From Gemmatimonadales bacterium (GTDB lineage Bacteria > Gemmatimonadota > Gemmatimonadetes > Gemmatimonadales > GWC2-71-9), in contig JBBCJC010000001.1 in assembly GCA_037189525.1 (NCBI GenBank), forward strand, positions 32,001 to 96,000: 64,000 bases of DNA. Reading direction: 5' to 3'. The position numbers and the translations under genes are program-made. Below are positions 57,652 to 64,000 of the stretch, piece after piece (the stretch's first letter is position 1; every line of letters starts with the position of its first letter). A model generated the notes under the pieces. That model had not been told where the DNA came from. It was given only the letters and a program-made list of their open reading frames with translations, and made no database searches.

Positions 57652-58101
57652 ATGAGCTTCTGGCAACGCATTTTCGGCAAACTGACCCCGGACCAATCCG
57701 GGCCTCAGCGTCTCGACTACCTGAATGAAGCGCTGGCGCTCGAGCGTCAGGGCGACTTCACCGCAGCCATTACCTCGTACCGGCTGGGTCTGCGTGAGCA
57801 TCCGGATGATCCCCGGATCCTCCAGAATATGGCCATTGCCTTTACCAAGACAGGCCAGCCCGACGAAGCCATCCGCCACTACCGGCGTGCCCTGGAACTG
57901 GACTCTTCGCTGACGGGCGCCCATTATGGACTGGCGTTCCTGCTGCTCAAGCGCGGGAACGAGAAGAAGGCGGCGGAGCATTTGCGCGCTTTCCTCAATC
58001 GCCCACCCCGTGGACCGGACGCCGACCGTTGGATTCAGCACGCCGAATCGACTCTGCGGGAACTCGAGCCCGTCGCCAGCGCCGCCTACGGCTCGGCCTG
58101 A
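57652..58101 (+). CDS. Tetratricopeptide repeat protein
   Basis: TPR pattern (EAIRHYRRALELD...AHYGLA); GAGGAG SD. Confidence 0.88.
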   Translation: MSFWQRIFGKLTPDQSGPQRLDYLNEALALERQGDFTAAITSYRLGLREHPDDPRILQNMAIAFTKTGQPDEAIRHYRRALELDSSLTGAHYGLAFLLLKRGNEKKAAEHLRAFLNRPPRGPDADRWIQHAESTLRELEPVASAAYGSA

Positions 58102-58796
58102 TCTCGGCCGGCCTGGCGGCTGCCGCTTGTAGCGGCATCGCCGAAAACAACGACGGCATCGCCTTTCTGGAACTCCACTACCCCGCGAGCACCTTTCTCG
58201 AAGCGGGGTCATCGGTGCAACTCTCGGCCGTGGCCTTGGACCGCAACGGCAATGTGGTCGAGTCTGCCCCACTTCGCTGGCGCACTCCCGACACGACGGT
58301 CTCACTCGACGAAGAAACCGGCCTGGTCGAATCGGAGAGCGACGCCACCGGTACGGCCCGGATTCAAGTCGGCGTCTTCGGTTCCGACACCATCGCCACC
58401 GCACTCACGTCGCTGACCATTACGCTGACCGGCAGAGCCGACACCGTCCTCCTGGTGGGAGACGACTCGTTGACGGTGACCAGCGACAATGGCACTGCCT
58501 CATTTCAGATCCGCGCCGATGGCGGGTCCCCGGCAGTCCCGATCGCGCAGCGACCGATCACGGCGCGCATCATCGAGCCGGCGCCGGTGGACTCGCCGAC
58601 CGTGGTATTCCAGAGCGGACGTGTCAGTGATTCGCTGATGACGGCAAACAACGGCATCGCCTCGTTCACGATCCGGAATCTCCCGAATCGTCCGGTTCCC
58701 GATCGCGCCGTGGTCCAGATTCGCGCCCGGCGAGCCAACGGCAACGAAATTCCAGGGTCGGGCCGCACCCTGGTGATCCGGTTCCTGCATCAATGA
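58029..58796 (+). CDS. Ig-like domain lipoprotein
   Basis: Lipobox AAA-C; VQLSAVALDRNGNVV...LRWRT Ig-like. TTG start overlaps the TPR gene and is uncertain. Confidence 0.65.
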   Translation: MDSARRIDSAGTRARRQRRLRLGLISAGLAAAACSGIAENNDGIAFLELHYPASTFLEAGSSVQLSAVALDRNGNVVESAPLRWRTPDTTVSLDEETGLVESESDATGTARIQVGVFGSDTIATALTSLTITLTGRADTVLLVGDDSLTVTSDNGTASFQIRADGGSPAVPIAQRPITARIIEPAPVDSPTVVFQSGRVSDSLMTANNGIASFTIRNLPNRPVPDRAVVQIRARRANGNEIPGSGRTLVIRFLHQ

Positions 58797-60643
58797 GCGC
58801 TCCCAAGGCAGGCGCCGAGCCGACCACCCTCACGGGGCTCTATTTCGGGGCGATCGATCGCTATCGCACCCATTCCGCAGCGATGCGCTTCAAGCGGGAT
58901 GGGCAATGGATTTCGGTAACCCACGCCGAGGTGGCCGAGCGGGTCGAAGCATTGAGCCGCGGCCTGCTGGCGCTGGGCATCGTTCCGGGGGACCGGGTGG
59001 CGATCCTCTCGGAAAACCGGCTGGAGTGGGCCCTGACCGACTACGCCTGCCTGACCGCCCGGGCCATCGACGTCCCGATCTACCCCACCCTGACCTCCAA
59101 GCAGATCGCTTATCTGCTCCAGGACTCGGGGGCCCGACTGGTCTTCGTCTCGAGCCGGGCGCAGTATGCGAAGCTGGCGGAAATTCGACATGAAACGCCG
59201 GCCGTCGAGTGGATCGTCGGCTTCGACGCCGACATCGAGGGCGACTCGGTACTCTCCCTGGACGACCTCGCGGCCAAAGGCGCGTCGCTCGACCGGGACC
59301 ACGCAACCTGGCGCGCCGACGCCCTGGCCGCGACTCCCGACGACCTCGCCACCATCATCTACACCTCGGGCACGACCGGCGAGCCCAAGGGCGTGATGCT
59401 GACCCACGGCAACATCGCCTCCAACGTGCGGGGCGGCTTTGCGGTGCTCTCGATTACCGCCGGCGACGAGTCCCTCTCGCTCCTGCCGCTTTCGCACATC
59501 TTCGAGCGCATGACGGGCCACTACTGCATGTTCCACGCAGGGGTGATCATCAGTTACGCCCAGAGTATCGAGACGGTGGCGCAGGACATCCTGGAGGTCC
59601 ACCCCACCGTCGTGGCCGCAGTACCGCGCCTGTACGAAAAGATCTACGCTCGCGCTCTCGAGACGGCGTCGCAGGGCGGCGGCATCAAGCGTTCGATCTT
59701 CCTCTGGGCCAAGCGCGTCGGAAGCCGCTGGGCCGATTTACGGGTGGCCGGGCAACCGATTCCCCTGGGGCTCCGCCTGGCCCACGGCCTGGCCGACCGG
59801 CTCGTCTTCCGCAAGCTGCGCAGTCGGGTCGGTGGCCGGATTCGGTTGTTCCTGTCCGGCGGCGCCCCGCTCTCCGGGGAGATCGCGCGGTTCTTCTACG
59901 CAGCTGGCCTACCGATCCTCGAAGGGTACGGGCTGACGGAGACCTCGCCGGTCATTACCGTCAACACATTTGAGCATCTGCGGTTCGGCACGGTGGGACG
60001 CGCCATTCCCGAAGTCGAAGTCCGGATCGGCGAGGACGGCGAGATCCTGACCCGAGGCCCGCACGTGATGCGCGGCTATTACAAGAAGCCCGAGGCCACC
60101 GCCGAGGTGCTCGATGCCGACGGCTGGTTCGCCACGGGTGACATCGGAGAAATCGACCGCGACGGCTTCCTCAAAATCACCGATCGCAAGAAGGACCTGA
60201 TCGCCACGGCGGGCGGTAAGAAGATCGCGCCGCAGCCGATCGAGGACGAGCTGCGGAAGAACCCCTTCATCTCCAACGCCGTGATGCTGGGCGATCGGCG
60301 GCGATTCCCGATCGTGCTCCTGGTCCCCGAATTCTCGGCGCTGGAAGCCTGGGCCAAGGCAGCCGGGCTGCAATGGAATTCACGCAAGGAACTGATCGAC
60401 CTGGAGCAGGTCCGGAAACACCTCGAGACCGAAGCCTCCAAGCATCTGCGAGAGCTGGCCCGCTACGAGCGCCCCAAGAAGTTCTTGATCGTGCCGCGCG
60501 AATTCTCGATCGAAACCGGTGAGCTGACCCCCAAACTCTCGGTCCGCCGCAAGGTCGTCGAAGACCACTACCGCGAGCTGATCGACGCGGCCTACGAGGA
60601 GGCCGAGGGCGAGGGGCACACCGACACCCACCTGACGCTGTAA
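58793..60643 (+). CDS. fadD: Long-chain fatty acid-CoA ligase (AMP-binding)
   Basis: YTSGTTGEPKG, EGYGLTET, GWFATGD, ITDRKKD. Confidence 0.9.
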   Translation: MSAPKAGAEPTTLTGLYFGAIDRYRTHSAAMRFKRDGQWISVTHAEVAERVEALSRGLLALGIVPGDRVAILSENRLEWALTDYACLTARAIDVPIYPTLTSKQIAYLLQDSGARLVFVSSRAQYAKLAEIRHETPAVEWIVGFDADIEGDSVLSLDDLAAKGASLDRDHATWRADALAATPDDLATIIYTSGTTGEPKGVMLTHGNIASNVRGGFAVLSITAGDESLSLLPLSHIFERMTGHYCMFHAGVIISYAQSIETVAQDILEVHPTVVAAVPRLYEKIYARALETASQGGGIKRSIFLWAKRVGSRWADLRVAGQPIPLGLRLAHGLADRLVFRKLRSRVGGRIRLFLSGGAPLSGEIARFFYAAGLPILEGYGLTETSPVITVNTFEHLRFGTVGRAIPEVEVRIGEDGEILTRGPHVMRGYYKKPEATAEVLDADGWFATGDIGEIDRDGFLKITDRKKDLIATAGGKKIAPQPIEDELRKNPFISNAVMLGDRRRFPIVLLVPEFSALEAWAKAAGLQWNSRKELIDLEQVRKHLETEASKHLRELARYERPKKFLIVPREFSIETGELTPKLSVRRKVVEDHYRELIDAAYEEAEGEGHTDTHLTL

Positions 60644-60754
60644 GGAAAAGTTGACCGCCGCCCGGCCGGCCTTGCCGGAACATCCGGGCGGCACCGGCCG
60701 GGGCCCACCTCCGTAAACCACTACAGAACAACGAGTTACGGACAAACGCCGGAT

Positions 60755-60770
60755 CGGCGCAGAGCCTGCA
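60755..60770 (+). promoter_or_regulatory. Possible sigma54 promoter CGGCGCAGAGCCTGCA
   Basis: GG-N10-GC; predicted +1 lies about 3 nt before ATG 60784, which has no SD. Confidence 0.35.
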
Positions 60771-60783
60771 TTCCCGTCGAGCC

Positions 60784-61857
60784 ATGCGACGCCTTACTCT
60801 CGTCCTCGGATTGGCCGTATTGGCGGCCCCGACCCCCGGCACCGCCCAGCGCGACTCCTCCTCGATCGACGCCGAGTTGCTGCGGCGGCCCGATGTCACC
60901 CGATACATCGACTATTTCACCGGCCCCGCGCGCGACCGGATGAGCCAGTGGCTCAATCGGGGCACCCGGTACCGCGAACTGATCGATGAACATCTGGAGC
61001 GCGAAGGCCTGCCCGGCGAGTTTGCCTACCTGCCGATGATCGAGAGCGGCTTCTCGAATACCGCCGTGAGCCACGCCGGCGCCGTCGGGATGTGGCAGTT
61101 CATGCCCGAGACCGCCCGAGACTATGGTCTCCGGGTCGATCGCTGGGTCGACGAACGCCGCGATCCGTTTCGGGCGACCGACGCAGCGGTGCGCCATATC
61201 AAGGATCTCAATCGGACGTTCGGATCATCGCTGGTTGCGGCAGCTGCGTACAACGGCGGGACCGGCCGGCTGAGCCGGAGCCTGGCCCGGCTTCGCGGCG
61301 TTTCCCTGAGCGAAGGGGGTCATGCCAAAGACCAGGATTTCTTTGCGCTGGCGGGCCGGGGCATGGTGGCCAAGGAAACCCAGAACTACGTGCCGCAGCT
61401 GCTGGCAGCGTCCATCATCGGGCGGGATCCGACCCGGTTCGGGTTTACCGTGGATACCCTGCCGCCGATCACGGTCGATTCGGTGCGGCTCGAGAAGCCG
61501 ATCCGGCTCGCGGTTGCCGAGCAAGCGCTTGGCCTCGATCAGCGGACCCTGGCACAGCTCAATCCGCAATTCGTCCTCGGCGTGACGCCCCCCGGCGGCG
61601 CCTGGATCCGGATCCCGGCCAATGCCGACGAGAGCGCAGCGCAGCGCCTCAATGCGCTACCCAGCGCGCCGCTCCATCGGCTCGAGGATCGGCCGCGCTA
61701 CCGGCTCGGTGAACTGGTCCGCGTCAAACGGGGCGATTCCCTGGGCGACGTGGCCCGGCGCCACGGCGTTAACGAAGCGGCGCTCCGGCGCATCAACGCG
61801 ATTCCCGAGTGGTACCGGATTCGTGCCGGGCAGGCGCTCCGCCTGCCGGCCAGCTGA
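60784..61857 (+). CDS. MltD-like lytic transglycosylase with LysM
   Basis: IESGF, AGAVGMWQFM, AAYNGG, ETQNYVP; C-terminal VKRGDSL LysM. Confidence 0.9.
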   Translation: MRRLTLVLGLAVLAAPTPGTAQRDSSSIDAELLRRPDVTRYIDYFTGPARDRMSQWLNRGTRYRELIDEHLEREGLPGEFAYLPMIESGFSNTAVSHAGAVGMWQFMPETARDYGLRVDRWVDERRDPFRATDAAVRHIKDLNRTFGSSLVAAAAYNGGTGRLSRSLARLRGVSLSEGGHAKDQDFFALAGRGMVAKETQNYVPQLLAASIIGRDPTRFGFTVDTLPPITVDSVRLEKPIRLAVAEQALGLDQRTLAQLNPQFVLGVTPPGGAWIRIPANADESAAQRLNALPSAPLHRLEDRPRYRLGELVRVKRGDSLGDVARRHGVNEAALRRINAIPEWYRIRAGQALRLPAS

Positions 61858-61858
61858 C

Positions 61859-62431
61859 TCAGACCCGCACCACCGAGACGCCGCCCGCCTGGGCCAGCAC
61901 CTGAGCGCCGACCCGGTCGGGCACCGGCGCCTCGACGACCGCCCGGTTGCCGGGCAGGACCGCGCCGAGTGCGGCGTCGACCCAGGTGGGGGCGCCGTGA
62001 TCGGCGGACACCACGACTCCACGCATACTCCGCTGCTTGATGGGCATGCGATCGGCGCGCACCACGCTCGCCCAGTCTGACCCGATGTGGGTCTCGGGGG
62101 GATTGACGAGAACCCAGCGAATCCCCGGCATCAGGGCCGTCAGGGCATCGGCCAGGCCGCCGGCGCTGCCAAGTAAGGCGACATAGCCGCCGGGACCGTC
62201 GAGACCGAGCAGCGCAGCAATCGCCTCCGCGGTGAGCGCGGTCGGGCCGGCCGGTGGCGCCGCGCCGAACGTGGCGATGCCGTCTTCGATTCGCACTTCC
62301 CGATTGCAAACCGGACAGCCCAGCACGCCGGACAGGACCCGCCGGCCCTCCAACGCATCGGGCAGCAGCACGAGAAAGGCTTCGTCGTGCGGCTCGGTAC
62401 AGCGGAGATGATCGGTCAACTCGATGAACAT
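61859..62431 (-). CDS. Hypothetical protein: Trm112-like Zn-ribbon N-terminus plus degenerate class I methyltransferase-like domain
   Basis: LRCTEPH...GVLGCPVCNREVRIEDGI; RMPIKQRSMRGVVV...AVLPGNRAVV. Confidence 0.65.
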   Translation of the reverse strand: MFIELTDHLRCTEPHDEAFLVLLPDALEGRRVLSGVLGCPVCNREVRIEDGIATFGAAPPAGPTALTAEAIAALLGLDGPGGYVALLGSAGGLADALTALMPGIRWVLVNPPETHIGSDWASVVRADRMPIKQRSMRGVVVSADHGAPTWVDAALGAVLPGNRAVVEAPVPDRVGAQVLAQAGGVSVVRV

Positions 62432-62435
62432 CGGG

Positions 62436-63020
62436 TCAGATCATCTGGGTCCGCGGGCCGTGCACCAGACGGAGAAATTCTTCCCGGGTCCGCGCATCGT
62501 CGCGGAAGACTCCGCGGAGGGCACTGGTGACGGTGGTCGAATTCTGTTTCTCGACGCCACGCATCATCATGCAGAGGTGGGAGGCTTCGATCACCACGCC
62601 GACGCCGTGGGGGTGGAGCACGTCCATGACCGCATCGGCCACCTGGTCGGTCAGGCGTTCCTGGACCTGCAGGCGACGGGCAAAGACGTCCACGATGCGC
62701 GGCAGCTTGGACAGTCCGATGATCTTGCCGGCCGGCAGGTACGCGACGTGCGCCTTGCCAAAGAACGGCAGCATGTGATGCTCGCACATCGAGTACAACT
62801 CGATGTCGCGCACCAGGATCATGTTTTCGTGGCTCTCGTCGAAGACGCCGTCACCCACCACATCGGCAACCGAGATGTGATACCCGCGCGTCATCCAGCG
62901 ATAGGCTTTGGCGACCCGCTCCGGGGTGCGCACCAGTCCCTCGCGACGCGGATCTTCTCCCAGCGCCTCGAGGATCGCGTGGACGTGGCCTTCGAGCTCA
63001 GGCTCCTTGGTATTCGACAT
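62436..63020 (-). CDS. folE: GTP cyclohydrolase I
   Basis: [34 protein letters not shown]. Confidence 0.96.
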   Translation of the reverse strand: MSNTKEPELEGHVHAILEALGEDPRREGLVRTPERVAKAYRWMTRGYHISVADVVGDGVFDESHENMILVRDIELYSMCEHHMLPFFGKAHVAYLPAGKIIGLSKLPRIVDVFARRLQVQERLTDQVADAVMDVLHPHGVGVVIEASHLCMMMRGVEKQNSTTVTSALRGVFRDDARTREEFLRLVHGPRTQMI

Positions 63021-63411
63021 AATTCCGCGGCGTCTCCCAAAGCCGAATCAGTTTGAGGCGGCCGGCCGGCAGTCTCGGCGCAATCTGCTCCCAGCAGAAG
63101 ACCGCGATATTCTCGGCCGACGGCAAGCGGGTGTTGAACCAGGGCACGTCGAGATTGAGATTCCGATGGTCGAGCAGGTCGAGGACATGTTCCTGCACGA
63201 TGGCCTTGAGGATCGCGACGTCGAGGACGTAACCGGTCTCGGGGTCGATTTCCCCTTCGACCAGGACGTCGATCTCATAGTTGTGGCCGTGGTAGTTAGC
63301 ATTGTTGCACGCCCCGAAGGTGCTCCGATTCCATTCATCCGACCGGGCCGGATTGTGTAACCGGTGCGCAGCATTGAAATGCAATCGGCGGGCGACTACA
63401 CAGTGAGCCAT
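62998..63411 (-). CDS. 6-pyruvoyl-tetrahydropterin synthase family (QueD/PTPS), CX5HGH type
   Basis: [33 protein letters not shown]. Confidence 0.9.
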   Translation of the reverse strand: MAHCVVARRLHFNAAHRLHNPARSDEWNRSTFGACNNANYHGHNYEIDVLVEGEIDPETGYVLDVAILKAIVQEHVLDLLDHRNLNLDVPWFNTRLPSAENIAVFCWEQIAPRLPAGRLKLIRLWETPRNYVEYQGA

Positions 63412-63443
63412 ACGACGAAGGGCCTGGGGGCTAGAGGCTTGGC

Positions 63444-63485
63444 AAAACAAGAGGCGCCGACCCGACTCGCGTCGGTCGGCGCCTC
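63444..63485 (-). terminator. Rho-independent terminator of the ncRNA
   Basis: GAGGCGCCGACC...GGTCGGCGCCTC stem followed on the minus strand by TTGTTTT. Confidence 0.8.
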
Positions 63486-63489
63486 GAGC

Positions 63490-63650
63490 GTCGGCTGGCA
63501 ACCGGGAGGTTTATTGAAGCCCGAAGAAGAATGTTCGGCGCCCTCACCACAAGATCTGCCTTCCCCTGGGGGGCGTGGCATCACCTACAGTATGTGGGCC
63601 CAACTTCGGACCTGTTGGCTCAATAACGTGGTTCCCAGTCACCAGCCGAC
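63490..63650 (-). ncRNA. ssrS: Probable 6S RNA
   Basis: Ends pair (GUCGGCUGG/CCAGCCGAC, UGACUGGGA/UCCCGGUUG, UUAUUGA/UCAAUAA); central unpaired bubble and apical stem; has its own promoter and terminator. Confidence 0.75.
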
Positions 63651-63656
63651 ATCCCT

Positions 63657-63685
63657 ATAATACGGACGGCGCGGCAGAGCGTCAA
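63657..63685 (-). promoter_or_regulatory. sigma70 promoter TTGACG-N17-TATTAT for the ncRNA
   Basis: Near-consensus boxes; the first stem base (63650) lies 7 nt after the -10 box. Confidence 0.8.
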
Positions 63686-63708
63686 CGTACCCTGGTTCGA
63701 GGTGATCC

Positions 63709-63855
63709 GTGAATCTGATCGGCGCGGTGGTAGCATTGATCCTCTGGTTCGTCCTGACCTTTGTCACGCCGGTCGGGGTGGGGCTGATCCACCTGCTTCT
63801 CACGATCGGCGTCGTCCTGCTGATCCGCTGGTGGGCGCTCCGACCAGCCCAGTAG
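63709..63855 (+). CDS. 48-aa lmo0937-like (DUF5670-like) small membrane protein, below ORF-track cutoff
   Basis: GAGGTG SD and GTG start; MNLIGAVVALILWFVLTFVTPVGVGLIHLLLTIGVVLLIRWWALRPAQ. Confidence 0.75.
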   Translation: MNLIGAVVALILWFVLTFVTPVGVGLIHLLLTIGVVLLIRWWALRPAQ

Positions 63856-64000
63856 TGCGGCGCCTGGCGCTGGCGGCCTGCTGCGCTCTGCTCGCGCCCC
63901 ACTCGGCGCGAGCCCAGCGACAGCCGGTCGATGCCGTGCCAGAGGACTCGCTCGCTCTGCAGGCCCCCTCACGTGCCCTCCGCGGCATCGGGACGGGGCT
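63855..64000 (+). CDS. 5' end of an exported protein running off the window
   Basis: GTG overlaps the previous stop; signal peptide MRRLALAACCALLAPHSARA-Q; frame open to the edge. Confidence 0.6.
   Translation, partial: MRRLALAACCALLAPHSARAQRQPVDAVPEDSLALQAPSRALRGIGTG

Noticed and set aside
63364..63660. Short ORFs over the ncRNA region (63364-63660 +, 63396-63584 -)
   Set aside because: No protein-like composition; better explained by the structured RNA with its promoter and terminator
1..64000. CRISPR arrays, tRNA/rRNA, transposases, integrases, phage or recognisable defence genes
   Set aside because: No regularly spaced direct repeats, cloverleaf-like sequences or diagnostic protein motifs found by eye; a dedicated scan could still find weak cases

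Overview
High-GC bacterial window, probably Gemmatimonadota or a close relative. That placement is inferred from gene content: PadR + ADOP-type orphan permeases, Ig-like lipoproteins, a carboxypeptidase-regulatory-like protein and DUF5916. About 1-43.8 kb is accessory-like. It holds exported hydrolases (3 CocE/NonD, 2 beta-lactamase-family serine hydrolases, a TolB-propeller amidohydrolase, a lactonase-like MBL, a Tat amine oxidase, a Tat polysaccharide deacetylase), two PadR-ADOP modules, truncated gene remnants, and two runs of short same-strand genes with decayed attC-like sites. About 43.8-64 kb looks more core: a two-component system, AraC regulator, pyrimidine nucleoside phosphorylase, GAF-ligA-V4R, PRTase-TldD-PmbA, acyl-CoA ligase, MltD-like transglycosylase, folE and PTPS. 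Features the ORF track misses: a ~160-nt rod-shaped ncRNA (probable 6S RNA) with its own sigma70 promoter and terminator, a 48-aa lmo0937-like membrane peptide, tandem operators at the CGNR/EamA locus and both PadR loci, and sigma54-like promoters. The most notable items are a TldD lacking its zinc ligands, a lipoprotein with a cryptic papain-like Cys-His-Asp triad, and an ssrS-PTPS-II-folE-Trm112/MTase-like pterin locus. No rRNA, tRNA, CRISPR array, transposase or integrase was seen. All family calls come from motif recognition by eye; no database search was run.
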